DNA of 64,000 nt, from positions 3,162,001 to 3,226,000 of the forward strand of contig CATOCA020000001.1 in assembly GCA_951406725.2 (NCBI GenBank). Direction: 5' to 3'. The stretch's first letter is position 1; each line of letters opens with the position of its first letter. Shown here piece after piece: positions 13,177 to 27,107 of this stretch. The notes under the pieces are model-generated. The model worked only from the letters and a program-made list of their open reading frames with translations. It had not been told where the DNA came from and ran no database searches. Made by a program: the position numbers and the translations under genes. The DNA comes from Octopus vulgaris. Taxonomy: Eukaryota.

Positions 13177-14142
13177 CCTTCTATATAATAAATTCATTTA
13201 CTCTGCTATGTATTGAGTACCTTATTTACTGTGGTTAACCCCGACTCAACCCGGGACCTACATATATATATATATATAAATATATACACATATATATATA
13301 TATATCAACATACATCTATATATACATATACATATATACATTCACACACACATAAATATGTGTGTGTGTGCGTGTGTGCCTGTGTGTATGTGCTTGTGTG
13401 TTTGTGTGTGTACAGATAATGAGTTTCTATACAAGAGTACAGTGTTTTGGGATACCTGATATCACTTTACGCTCCACTTGCTTAGGACAAACATTGTTCA
13501 CCTGAAAATAGCTGCTTATTAAGGAGGATTAATGACATTGAAATATCTTCAAATGTTTCCAGAATCATATCCTATTCTGATGAATTGTGATGTGGGGATT
13601 TAAGATTAAAGATTACCAGCAGCAACCTTTTAAAAAGAGAGCAGGTGCATATTAATCCTACTTGATGTATTGTGACATGCGTTTATGGTTAGATGTTTGG
13701 AGTCCAGCTTCATTGACGTCAGAATTAGAAGAGGAGAAGAATGTTGATTAGAGAAATCTGCAGGAGATAAGATAATGCCAAATCATTGATAGGGTTCCGA
13801 CTGATGAAAGGGCAAATTAATCTAGGTGATTATCAGTGTTTTCAAATGAAAAATTAAAGAAGGTAATGATTAGATTATATAGATGTCTTAATAGGGTTAT
13901 TGTTAGATTATGTAGGATGCCATAATTGGGATATATAGGAAGGTGAGTCTATTTAGTTGTGGACCTGGATATTGAGCGATTACATGGTATTACTGTAGAA
14001 AATATGAAAATGTCGACCCGAGCAGTACTGGTCACCAGCTGACCAGCAACGACAGGAATACCTCACAAGAATAAAATTTTGATTATTAAGAAATATAAAG
14101 ATGTTTTTCTATGAAGTGTAAAATTTAGAATATTTATTTCAG

Positions 14143-14193
14143 AGACGCCAGCACTTGTTGACAATGAAGTTCAAACAGAAGTAGAACCAGTTG
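14143..14193 (+). CDS. 51-bp microexon copy 2: ETPALVDNEVQTEVEPV
   Basis: Intact AG/GT sites, phase 1-1. Confidence 0.8.
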
Positions 14194-14533
14194 GTGAGTA
14201 TAAATCAACATTACCTTTTTGACTTCTATCAAGTTTGCCATTACCTCATCTACTTTATTAAGGATGATACGTGAGAAGTAAATGAGATACGTAAGATGTC
14301 TTAATTGAGAGCGGAGATTTAGGAATGCCAATCAATTTTGTGGAGGGCATCAATAATGGGCCCACTATCCGAAGTAGAGATGAGTAGCATATTGGAACCT
14401 GCATTAAGGAAATATAGGAAAATAATCCCTAAAATTTGGTTCATAATTTCCCCCTGGCGTACAGCATGCTTCTAAAACCCCAAGATTCCGTGTTTGATTT
14501 CAGGCAGTGACGTGATTAATAATGATGATAATG

Positions 14534-14611
<78 letters not shown>

Positions 14612-14663
14612 GTAATAATAATAATAACAACAACATCGAAAAATACCTTAGGAATTTCCCCAA

Positions 14664-14709
14664 AGCACCTGATGAAGGCTGCAGTGTATAACAGCCGAAA
14701 CGTTGTGCT
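14664..14709 (+). ncRNA. Minimal hammerhead motif, unit 2
   Basis: As at 5701-5745. Confidence 0.75.
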
Positions 14710-16953
14710 AACAACAAACAAGATCAGGCCAAATATGTAAATAAGGTAAATAGTTTTAGATAGCAGTTTCTAAAGGACCATTCTAATGGTACTAGAATGG
14801 TGTTTCTTGAGGCCATGTGTCGCAGGCTATAAGGCATGGAAAATTATGGGAATATACAAGAGATGTACAGTGACCTAAAGCGAAATCAACCATTCCCAGC
14901 CATGGACAGTTTGAAATGCCGAATGAAACGAAGAATCAAAATATTTCAGCTTAGAGATTTCATGAAGAAAGAGGAAGAAAGAAGTTGAGAGTTGTGTGAA
15001 GAAAGTAAGAGTTTAGAGTGCAACACGAGGTGATGCTGTACCACAGAACGTATAGAAACGTTGTACTCAGTTATGTTATAAGCATAACCTGGAAGAAGAG
15101 ATTTGGGGTATAAAGGTGAACCGATTGATGACCTGTACATACAAGAAAGTGTTTACTTACCAAAGCCAGCGGCAGCAGGACAATTTCAATACAGAATGGT
15201 AAGATGTACATGGGCTTAGAGATCAGCTACATATCTATAAAAGAATGGCTATCTGAGTAAATGTGTCCAGAGGACTGCAATCACTGATTGTTGTATGGCC
15301 TGGTGAGGCTAATGCTTATTGTTCTATACCATAGAAATGGCTGATGGAAGCAATGAACGAGTAATAGGAGATTAAAGATCTGATTAGGAGCTGCTATAAT
15401 GATTTCACAATGCGGTTCATCACAGAAAATGTTACAACACACTGGCATCGTGTTGAGACAGGAATTTGAATAGCCGGAGGTTGACAATATGAGCCATTTG
15501 GTATGAGATGGTTATGAAGATGTTACTTATATCAGCAGAAAGGGCTCAGGTGAAATCACACAAGAAGGCGTTCATGGATTACTTAATAATACTAAGGAGA
15601 GATGAAAAGGATATGCAAATAATTCTAGTTAGACTGGATTAACTCATCATTTGGGGCAAAAGTGTGGTTTAAATCGAATAAGTAGTGCTGTGTATCGTTT
15701 GTAAATGATCAGCAGAAACAAGTGAAGTTACAAATAGCAGGAGAAATCATGCCAAAAGCTTGAAGACAATGGTACGGTTGCTTGCTGAGAGACACGTCTT
15801 GAGGCAATTGGATCAAGGCACAAACTGTGATGCGGTTACAAAACAACATATATAATCTTTATATATTTAAAACTGAGAATGTGTGTCTGTCTGTCTGTCT
15901 GTGTGTTTCCCGAAAAGTTGAGAACTACACAACCAATTTCATTCAAATTTTACATATGCCTTACTTAGGGTACGGGGAGTGTCATGGGCCAACGAAAATG
16001 TTCAACTTCTTGTCTAGAGCGAGCCCATAGCAATATTATATCTTCTCCACTATTTCAGTATTACGTGTTAAAAGTAAAACAAAAATAATTCTCTATTTTA
16101 TGTCAGATGCTTTCATTTTAACAATAAAAATAATAATAACAATTGAATTATATGTAGTAAGTAATAATTAAAATCAAACTAAATTATAATATAATCGTAA
16201 CATAACAAAAGGAAAAGTCGCAATTGGCATAAAATTGCCTCAATGATTTGAACTAGAATAAGTGGTTTCACATGAATGGGAATTAAATTAAAAATAAAAT
16301 TAGCGAGCAGAAATGGAATAGTCCAGATGGATAGTAAAAAATTAAATTAAAGAAAAGACTATTGTCTATAAAGTATAAAATGCAGAGAAATAAGAAGAGC
16401 TAAAAATTCCAGTCTGTTATATATTTTTAGTATTGTTATCACTAGCGATATCAAGATATAACTTTGTATTTTGCATTTTATGTGTAGATGTATATTTATA
16501 GATATAAATGTAATATGTACACAAATATATACACATATATACATGCACTAGCACTATGACACGGCAACGATGGGTCTTTAATGCTAGTGCAAAATAAATT
16601 TGGCGCTTCCAGTTTGATTTATGTCTCTGTCTTGCTTATATATTCTTGAAAGTCAGTACTATTCCAAATATAATTCCTTTGCTGTAATAAGTAAATGAAC
16701 GTTCATATATATATATATACATATATGATACATAAACATGTATATATATATATATAAATATATACACATATATATATATATATAATATATACACATATAT
16801 ATATATATAAATATATACACATATATTTATATATAGAAATATATATATATATATATATATAAAATATTATTAGAGACAAAACCACTATTTTGCAAAACAA
16901 ACAAGGAAAGACTTAATCAATACATAAAATTTATTAAATAGTCAAAAAAACCG

Positions 16954-16996
16954 CCACTACAATTGTTTCTTGTCTTGATCGACAATCTTCAGGTGG
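16954..16996 (-). ncRNA. Hammerhead ribozyme (left arm)
   Basis: Reverse complement of 17051-17093. Confidence 0.8.
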
Positions 16997-17050
16997 ACTT
17001 CAATTTACAAGTCAGTTTCATAATTTGAAACTGACTTGTAAATTGGAAGT

Positions 17051-17093
17051 CCACCTGAAGATTGTCGATCAAGACAAGAAACAATTGTAGTGG
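17051..17093 (+). ncRNA. Hammerhead ribozyme (right arm)
   Basis: CCAC-CTGAAGA-TTGTC-GATCAA-GACAA-GAAAC-AATT-GTA-GTGG; palindromic ACAATTGT stem III, GUA site. Confidence 0.85.
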
Positions 17094-18130
17094 CGGTTTT
17101 TTTGACTATTTATTTTATGTATCGATTAAGTATTTCCTTGTTTGTTTTGCAAAATAGTGGTTTTGTCTCTAATAATATTTTATAATATTTTACAATAAAA
17201 TTGGATTTAATCCTAAATCTGATTTTTTCCCTGTAAATTTGGATTTATTCCCTAATATTTATTATTTATATATATATATATATATATATCAACATACATC
17301 TATATCTACATACATATACATATATACATTCACACACATATAAATATGTGTGTGTGTGCGTGTGTGCGTGTGTGTATGTGCTTGTGTGTTTGTGTGTGTA
17401 CAGATAATGAGTTTCTATACAAGAGTACAGTGTTTTGGGATACCTGATATCACTTTCTGCTCCACTTGCTTAGGAGCAAACATTGTTCACCTGAAATTAG
17501 CTGCTTATTAAGGAGGATTAATGACATTGAAATATCTTCAAATGTTTCCAGAATCATATCCTATTCTGATGAATTGTGATGTGGGGATTTAAGATTAAAG
17601 ATTACCAGCAGCAACCTTTTAAAAAGAGAGCAGGTGTATATTAATCCTACTTGATGTATTGTGACATGCGTTTATGGTTAGATGTTTGGAGTCCAGCTTC
17701 ATTGACGTCAGAATGAGAAGAGGAGAAGAATGTTGATTAGAGAAATCTGCAGGTGATAAGATAATGCCAAATCATTGATAGGGCTCCGACTGATGAAAGG
17801 GCAAATTAATCTAGGTGTTTATCAGTGTTTTCAAGTGAAAATTAAAGAAGGTAATGATTAGATTATATAGATGTCTTAATAGGGTTATTGTTAGATTATG
17901 TAGGATGCCATAATTGGGATATATAGGAAGGTGAGTCTATTTAGTTGTGGACCTGGATATTGAGCTGTTACATGGTATTGCTGTAGAAAATATGAAAATG
18001 TCGACCCGAGCAGTACTGGTCACCAGCTGACCAGCAACGACAGGAATACCTCACAAGAATAAAATTTTGATTATTAAGAAATATAAAGATGTTTTTCTAT
18101 GAAGTGTAAAATTTAGAATTTTTAATTCAG

Positions 18131-18181
18131 AGACGCCAGCACTTGTTGACAATGAAGTTCAAACAGAAGTAGAACCAGTTG
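18131..18181 (+). CDS. 51-bp microexon copy 3: ETPALVDNEVQTEVEPV
   Basis: Intact AG/GT sites, phase 1-1. Confidence 0.8.
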
Positions 18182-18527
18182 GTGAGTATAAATCAACATT
18201 ACCTTTTTGAGTTCTATCAAGTTTGCCATTACATCATCTACTTTATTAAGGAGGATACGTGAGAAGTAAATGAGATACGTAAGATGTCTTAATTGAGAGC
18301 GGAGATTTAGGAATGCCAATCAATTTTGTGGAGGGCATCAATAATGGGCCCACTATCCGAAGTAGAGATGAGTAGCATATTGGAACCTGCATTAAGGAAA
18401 TATAGGAAAATAATCCCTAAAATTTGGTTCGTAATTTCCCCCCTGGCGTACAGCATGCTTCTAAAACCCCAAGATTCCGAGTTTGATTTCAGGCAGTGAC
18501 GTGAATGATAATGATGATGATGATGAA

Positions 18528-18595
<68 letters not shown>

Positions 18596-18623
18596 TAATA
18601 ATAATAATAATAATAATAATAAT

Positions 18624-20511
18624 CATAAAATTCATAGAGCACTCTATGAATAAATGGCAAACAGTCCTACACCTCCAAACAAAAGAGGGACTCATGAAAA
18701 CCAAAGACATCCCCATTAGAAGAGGAATATTCCAGGGAGACACGCTCTCTCCACTCCTTTTCTGCTTGGCACTGTCACCTCTATCTGATATGCTAAATAG
18801 AACTGGATGCGGATATAAATGTTACGGCAAAACGATCAGCCACCTTTTATATATGGATGACCTAAAACTATACGCTGCAAATGACAAACAGCTGGAAACA
18901 CTATTAAAGACAGTTCATGGATTTACCAAAGAAATAGATATGAAATTTGGATTAGAAAAATGCGCCAAAGTAACCATGAAAAGAGGAAAACTAGTTAAGA
19001 GTAACAACATCACACTAGATAAAACCAATGAAATAAAAGAATTAGACCAAAGCCAAACTTACAAATACTTAGGAATCCATGAACTAGATAAGACACAACA
19101 CACACAAATGAAAGAGAAAATAAAAAAAGAATATTATAGACGAGTTAGATCAATACTAAACACAGAGCTCAATGCTAAAAACAAGATAATAGGTATCAAC
19201 ACTTTAGCTGTCCCAGTTATAAGTTACAGCTACAATATCCTTAACTGGACACGAAATGAACTGACCAAAATAGATAGGAAAACAAGAAAAATAATGACAG
19301 GATCTAGGATGCATCACCCAAAATCTGACATATAAAGACTATATATACAACGTATGGAAGGTGGTAGAGGCCTTATACAGCTGGAAAACTACTATAAAAT
19401 AACCACCATAGGACTGCAAAAATATCTACTTCAGAAGGAAGGAAAACTGATCCAGATAGCGGCAAAACACGAGCAAAACAAAAAACTGTTCTCAGTATTT
19501 AAGGAAGCTGACAAATACAAACAAGAAATCATACCACCTAATAAACATGAAGAAGAAGAAGAAGATGAAGAAACAACAAAAGCTATAAAACAAATGAAAT
19601 CCAAACTAAAAACAGAACAGCAACGAACCATGATAAAACGATGGCAAGAAAAGCCCCTTCATGGTAAATACTGCACTAAACTAAACGCAAAAGAAATAGA
19701 CAAAGAAAAATCCCAGCAATGGTTGAGAAGCTCAGGACTCAAAGCAGAAACAGAGGGATTTTTAATTGCAGCACAAGACCAAAGCCTCCCCACCAGAAAT
19801 TACCAAAAACATGTAATGAAAAGAAATATTACAAGTAACTGCAGAATATGTGGAGATGGACAAGAAACAATAAATCATATTATCTCTAGCTGCCCAGTCC
19901 TGGCTAAGAAGGAATATATTCACAGACATGACAGAGTTGGAACCTACATACATTGGAAGCTATGCCAACATTATGGAATAACAACAGAAAAAAGATGGTA
20001 TAGGCACACACCAGAAAAGGTCACAGAAAACGAGAAAGCAACCATACTCTGGGATATGCCGATACACACAGATAGAGAAATTAAGGCCAACAGACCAGAT
20101 ATAGTTGTCAGAGATCATGAAGAAAAAAATGCTTTTTAATTGATGTATCAATACCGGCAGATGACAACGTGTCTCTAAAAGAAATGGAGAAACTCTCAAA
20201 ATACAAAGACCTGGAAATAGAGGTAACTAGAATGTGGAATCTGAAAACAGAAACAATTCCTATCATAGTAGGTGCATTAGGCATGATAAAAAAATATTCA
20301 GACAAATACATAACAAAAACACCAGGACTTACAAACACATATAACATACAGAAAATTGCACTACTAGGCACTGCCCACATCCTACGCAGAACACTTTCCA
20401 TACAATAACCATCAGAGCATCACAACAAATCACAGCACATACCCAAGGCACACAGAGCTGCGCTCGGTAGTGAAGTGAAAGCACGCTATAAAAATAAAAA
20501 TAAAACTACTG
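18624..20511 (+). mobile_element. 5'-truncated R4/Dong-clade non-LTR retrotransposon (RT, CCHC, RLE) in (AAT)n
   Basis: GIFQGDTLSP, LLYMDDLK, CRICGDGQETINHIISSC, RPDIV...IDVSIP...EKLSKYKDL. In-frame TAA at 19333-19335 and an A-run frameshift at ~20130. (AAT)n on both sides. Confidence 0.9.
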
Positions 20512-20530
20512 AATAATAATAATAATAATG

Positions 20531-20570
<40 letters not shown>

Positions 20571-20584
20571 TAATAATAATAATG

Positions 20585-20653
<69 letters not shown>

Positions 20654-20705
20654 GTAATAATAATAATAACAACAACATCGAAAAATACCTTAGGAATTTC
20701 CCCAA

Positions 20706-20751
20706 AGCACCTGATGAAGGCTGCAGTGTATAACAGCCGAAACGTTGTGCT
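20706..20751 (+). ncRNA. Minimal hammerhead motif, unit 3
   Basis: As at 5701-5745. Confidence 0.75.
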
Positions 20752-22850
20752 AACAACAAACAAGATCAGGCCAAATATGTAAATAAGGTAAATAGTTTTA
20801 GATAGCAGTTTCTAAAGGACCATTCTAATGGTACTAGAATGGTGTTTCTTGAGGCCATGTGTCGCAGGCTATAAGGCATGGAAAATTATGGGAATATACA
20901 AGAGATGTACAGTGACCTAAAGCGAAATCAACCATTCCCAGCCATGGACAGTTTGAAATGCCGAATGAAACGAAGAATCAAAATATTTCAGCTTAGTGAT
21001 TTCATGAAGAAAGAGGAAGAAAGAAGTTGAGAGTTGTGTGAAGAAAGTAAGAGTTTAGAGTGCAACACGAGGCGATGTTGTACCACAGAACGTATAGAAA
21101 CGTTGTACTCAGTTATGTTATAAGCATAACCTGGAAGAAGAGATTTGGGGTATAAAGGTGAACCGATTGATGACCTGTACATACAAGAAAGTGTTTACTT
21201 ACCAAAGCCAGCGGCAGCAGGACAATTTCAATAGAGAATGGTAAGATGTACATGGGCTTAGAGATCAGCTACATATCTATAAAAGAATGGCTATCTGAGT
21301 AAATGTGTCCGGGGACTGGAATCACCGGACCTCCAGCGTGTGCGCAACAAGCATTTTCAATCTGGAATTAATGCAAGAAGGAAAGGAGAATATAACTGAT
21401 TTGAAAGATGTATGGCCTGATGTGGCTAATGCTTATTGTTCTATACCACAGAAATGGTTGATGAAAGCAATGAACGATTAATAGGTGATTAAAGATCTGA
21501 TGAGGAGCCGCTATAATGATTTCACAATGCGGTTCATCACAGAAAATGTTACAACACACTGGCATCGTGTTGAGACAGGAATTTGAATAGCCGGAGGTTG
21601 ACAATATGAGCCATTTGGTTTGAGATGGTTATGAGGATGTTACTTATATCAGCAGAAAGGGCTCAAGTGAATTACAACAAGAAGGCATTCATGGATTACT
21701 TAATAATACTAAGGAGAGATCAGAAGGATATGCAAATAATTCTGGTTAGACTGGATTAACTCATCATTTGGGGCAAAAGTGTGGTTTAAATCGAATAAGT
21801 AGTGCTGTGTATCGTTTGTAAATGATCAGCAGAAACAAGTGAAGTTACAAATAGCAGGAGAAATCATGCCAAAAGCTTGAAGACAATGGTACGGTAGCTT
21901 GCTGAGAGACACGTCTTGAGGTAATAGGATCAAGGCACAAACTGTGATGCGGTGACAAAACAACATATATAAACTTTATAAATTTAAAACTGAGAATGTG
22001 TGTCTGTCTGTCTGTCTGTGTGTTTCCCTAAAACTTGAGAACTACACAACCAATTTCATTCAAATTTTACATATGCCTTACTTAGGGTCCGGGGAGTGTC
22101 ATGAGCAAACGAAAATATTCAACTTCTTGCCTAGAGCGAGCCCATAGCAATATCATATCTTCTCCACTATTTCAGTATTACGTGTTAAAAGTGAAACAAA
22201 ATAATTCTCTATTTTATGTCAGATGCTTTCACTTTAACAATAAAAATAATAATAACAATTGAATTATATGTAGTAAGTAATAATTAAAATCAAACTAAAT
22301 TATAATATAATCGTAACATAACAAAAGGAAAAGTCGCATTTGGTATAAAATTGCCTCAATGATTTGAACTAGAATAAGTGGTTTCACATGAATGGTAATT
22401 AAATTAAAAATAAAATTAGCGAGCAGAAATGGAATAGTCCAGATGGATAGTAAAAAGTTAAATTAAAGAAAAGACTATTGCCTATAAAGTATAAAATGCA
22501 GAGAAATAAGAGTTAAAAATTCCAGTCTGTTATATATTTTGAGTATTGTTATCACTAGCGATATCAAGATATAACTTTGTATTTTGAATTTTATGTGTAG
22601 ATGTATATTTATAGATGTAAATGTAATATGTACACAAATATATACACATATATACATGCACTAGCACTATGACACGGCAACGATGGGTCTTTAATGCTAG
22701 TGCAAAATAAATTTGGCGCTTCCAGTTTGATTTATGTCTCTGTCTTGCTTATATATTCTTGAAAGTCAGTACTATTCCAAATATAATTCCTTTGCTGTAA
22801 TAAGTAAATGAACGTTCATATATATATATATACATATATGATACATAAAC

Positions 22851-22885
<35 letters not shown>

Positions 22886-22900
22886 TATACACATATATAT

Positions 22901-22934
<34 letters not shown>

Positions 22935-23776
22935 CAACATACATATATATCTACATACATATACATATATACATTCACACACACATAAATATGTGTGTGT
23001 GTGCGTGTGTGCGTGTGTGTATGTGCTTGTGTGTTTGTGTGTGTACAGATAATGAGTTTCTATACAAGAGTACAGTGTTTTGGGATACCTGATATCACTT
23101 TCTGCTCCACTTGCTTAGGAGCAAACACTGTTCACCTGAAATTAGCTGCTTATTAAGGAGGATTAATGGCATTGAAATATCTTCAAATGTTTCCAGAATC
23201 ATATCCTATTCTGATGAATTGTGATGTGGGGATTTAAGATTAAAGATTACCAGCAGCAACCTTTTAAAAAGAGAGCAGGTGTATATTAATCCTACTTGAT
23301 GTATTGTGACATGCGTTTATGGTTAGATGTTTGGAGTCCAGCTTCATTGACATCAGAATTAGAAGAGGAGAAGAATGTTGATTAGAGAAATCTGCAGGTG
23401 ATAAGACAAGGCCAAATCATTGATAGGGCTCCGACTGATGAAAGGGCAAATTAATCTAGGTGATTATCAGTGTTTTCAAATGAAAAATTAAAGAAGGTAA
23501 TGATTAGATTATATAGATGTCTTAATAGGGTTATTGTTAGATTATGTAGGATGCCATAATTGGGATATATAGGAAGGTGAGTCTATTTAGTTGTGGACCT
23601 GGATATTGAGCGATTACATGGTATTACTGTAGAAAATATGAAAATGTCGACCCGAGCAGTACTGGTCACCAGCTGACCAGCAACGACAGGAATACCTCAC
23701 AAGAATAAAATTTTGATTATTAAGAAATATAAAGATGTTTTTCTATGAAGTGTAAAATTTAGAATTTTTAATTCAG

Positions 23777-23827
23777 AGACGCCAGCACTTGTTGACAATG
23801 AAGTTCAAACAGAAGTAGAACCAGTTG
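23777..23827 (+). CDS. 51-bp microexon copy 4: ETPALVDNEVQTEVEPV
   Basis: Intact AG/GT sites, phase 1-1. Confidence 0.8.
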
Positions 23828-24174
23828 GTGAGTATAAATCAACATTACCTTTTTGACTTCTATCAAGTTTGCCATTACCTCATCTACTTTATTAAGGAGG
23901 ATACGTGAGAAGTAAATGAGATACGTAAGATGTCTTAATTGAGAGCGGAGATTTAGGAATACCAATCAATTTTGTGGAGGGCATAAATAATGGGCCCACT
24001 ATCCGAAGTAGAGATGAGTAGCATATTGGAACCTGCATTAAGGAAATATAGGAAAATAATCCCTAAAATTTGGTTCATAATTTCCCCCCCTGGCGTACAG
24101 CATGCTTCTAAAACCTCAAGATTCCTTGTTTGATTTCAGGCAGTGACGTGAATAATAATGATGATGATGATGAA

Positions 24175-24262
<88 letters not shown>

Positions 24263-24283
24263 GTAATAATAATAATAATAATA

Positions 24284-24691
24284 AAAGGGGCTGATAGCTA
24301 CCTAACTCAGATACCAGGAAAGCCAAAAATGGCAGAAGTTCAAAAGATAGTGCTCATGGGAACTGCTCATATCCTACGCAAAATACTCTCTATGTAATCC
24401 CAAGGTTTAAAACAAACTTTTTTTTATTTATTTACTTTTTTTTATGTATTAGACATTCACTAGTACAACACAAATCTCAAGGTTTAAAACAAACATAATT
24501 TTCGGTTTAAAAAAAAAAAAAAAAAACTTTTTTTTTCTTTTTAGACATTCATTAGTACAACATCCCCACCCCCCAAATATATGGCACACTAGGCATAACA
24601 ACAACATGAACTTCCAACCCTGTTGTCTCTTGAGGTCTCTGGGTGAGACTTGGAGCCAACTTGTACAAATATAAAGCAAAAGTCAAACATA

Positions 24692-24692
<1 letters not shown>
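24284..24692 (+). mobile_element. Very short 3' end of a second R4/Dong family in (AAT)n
   Basis: KGADSYLTQIPGKPKMAEVQKIVLMGTAHILRKILSM* plus a 3' UTR, flanked by (AAT)n. Confidence 0.85.
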
Positions 24693-24762
<70 letters not shown>

Positions 24763-27107
24763 GTTCAGCTGCTCAATGGAATTATGAGAGACCCAAAGAA
24801 AACACCTGAATGTTTAGCACGTGGCATTACTTACCTACTCCCAAAGAATAACGAAACCAACCTTCCAAAAAACTATAGGCCTATAACCTGTCTATCCACC
24901 ACGTATAAAATCCTAACATCTATCCTGGCGGAGAAAACATATGCATTCATGGAGAAGAACGATATTCTCCCCATTGAACAAAAAGGCTCTTACGGATGCA
25001 AAGATCAACTGCTAATCAATCGTATGATCCTTGAGAACTGTCACAAGCGCAGAAAGCTCAGCACCGCATGGATTGACTATAAAAAGGCCTTCGACAGTAT
25101 ACCGCATCCATTGATCTTGAAATCGCTGGACATCTTCAAAATTTCCCCTGTGATTTCAAACTTCCTGAAGCACAATATGTCGTTGTGGAATACGAATCTC
25201 CAATTATACCACTCTAATGGAGTACTTGCCTCAGAAAATATAAACATCAACTGTGGAATTTTTCAAGGTGACTCACTTTCACCTTTAATATTCTGCATAG
25301 CCCTAATACCACTTACAAGTGAATTAAACAGAACAGGGTATGGGTATAAAATTGCCAATAAAAAAATAAGCCATCTATTTTATATGGATGACTTAAAACT
25401 TTATGGTAAAGACAATAATGAACTTGAAGGCCTATTGCACACCGTGAAAGCATTCAGCGATGACATCGGGATGGAGTTTGGACTTGAGAAGTGTGCCAAG
25501 GCCACTTTCCAGAAAGGTAAAGTGAAGACCACAAATTCAGTCGTGTTAGATGTTGACACAGTCATGAGAGAGCTTGAGCAAGAACAAACATACAAATATT
25601 TAGGGATAAATGAAGGCTCTGGTATTCAGCATGCAAGCATGAAAGAAAAAATCAGGAAGGAATGTTATAGGAGAGTTCGTGCAGTCCTGAAATCTGAACT
25701 AAATGCACGTAACAAGGAGTTAGCTATAAATTCCTTAGCAGTTCCAGTTGTTACTTATAGCTACAATGTGTTGAACTGGAATATGAGTGAAGTAAAGAAT
25801 ATAGATAGAAAAATATGCAAGCTGCTGAGTTGTAATAGGATGCACCACCCAAAGGCAGACGTAGATCGCCTTTACCTTCCCAGAGCCCAAGAAGGTCGAG
25901 GCCTGATCCAATTTGAACTAGCTTACAAAACAACCACAATTGGACTGGCCAAATATCTCGAAATATCGAATGACTGGATGCTAAAGCTCGTGGAAAATCA
26001 CGAGAGACGAAAGAAGCTTCATTCTATCATAAAGGAAAGCAAAAAATTTGCTATTGATCTCGTGCAGGATACCCAAACTGAACAACCCGAGGGAAGTAGG
26101 GCAACTATTGTTGTAAAGAAGGTAAAAATGATGCCAATGAAGAAAGCGCACGAGCAATTGGCTGATAGGTGGGAGGAGAAACCTCTGCACGGCAAATATG
26201 TGACCCGCAGCAAACAAGCTGATGTTGACCAGAAGCAAACCCATCAGTGGCTACGGAGCTCAGGGCTAAAAGCAGAGAGCGAAGGTTTCATCCTGGCTGC
26301 TCAAGATCAAAGCCTATTAACCCGGAACTACCAGGCCAATGTGATGAAAAATGGAGCAGACCCAAAATGCCGATTCTGCAACGACATGATTGAAACAGTG
26401 GACCACCTAATCTCTGGATGTAAAGTCTTAGCACCAGTGGAGTATAAATTAAGACATGACAGAGTTGGCCAATATCTCCACTGGCTAATAAGTCGGCATT
26501 ACAATATCAAAACTGCCGACAAGTGGTATAATCACCACCCTGAGGCTGTAACTGAAGGAGAAAATGTAACCATTCTGTGGGACTTTCCAGTACATACAGA
26601 CCGACCCATCAAGGCCAATAAACCAGATATTGTTGTGAAAGACCAAAACAATAAAGTTTGCTTATTGATCGACATGAGCATCCCCTGTGATCATAATATC
26701 TCAGCGAAAGAGTTTGACAAGCTCAGAAAATATAAAGACCTGCTCATTGAAATTGAGAAAATGTGGCATCTCAAGGCGGTTACAATACCAGTGATCGTAG
26801 GAGCACTAGGAATGATCAAGAAGGGAACCGAAAATTATATGAGAATGATCCCTGGCTTACCAACCCTGCAAGAAGTGCAAAAGATTGTCTTAACTGGTAC
26901 ATCACACGTATTGAGAAGAGCATTGTCGATGTGAGAACTGTTGCTGCTCATGTATTTTAATTTAACTTAAAAAAAAAAAAAAAGAATAAACAAACTACTG
27001 AGTTTGGTTTAATGGCTTACCAATGTATACTATGAGTTTCTTTGCCCTAGGAGTCGGGAAGACACTCGGCAAGAAATGGAAGAGAATTTGAAAGAAGAAA
27101 AAAAAAG
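24763..27107 (+). mobile_element. 5'-truncated R4/Dong retrotransposon, third family; ORF open to 26934
   Basis: NYRPITCL, WIDYKKAFDS, GIFQGDSLSP, FYMDDLK, CRFCNDMIETVDHLISGC, KPDIV..LIDMSIP..KLRKYKDL; A-rich tail followed by (TAA)n. Confidence 0.92.

Larger units (their letters stand above)
7897..13260 (+). mobile_element. Penelope-like element, 5'-truncated, with two inverted pseudo-LTRs, inserted in (TA)n of unit 2
   Basis: Absent from the other units. Repeats 7897-8760 and 8761-9720 are inverted relative to 12250-13190. Carries a GIY-YIG C-terminal fragment and hammerheads in each pLTR. Confidence 0.85.
16861..17270. mobile_element. Fold-back Penelope-type pLTR remnant in (TA)n of unit 3
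   Basis: ~160-bp inverted arms (16861-17020 and 17026-17181) around TAATT, plus a ~90-bp tail; absent from the other units. Confidence 0.8.

Noticed and set aside
24643-24762. N-terminus of the 763-aa ORF
   Set aside because: It runs through another element's 3' UTR and the (AAT)n tract; the retrotransposon sequence starts at ~24763 and is 5'-truncated.
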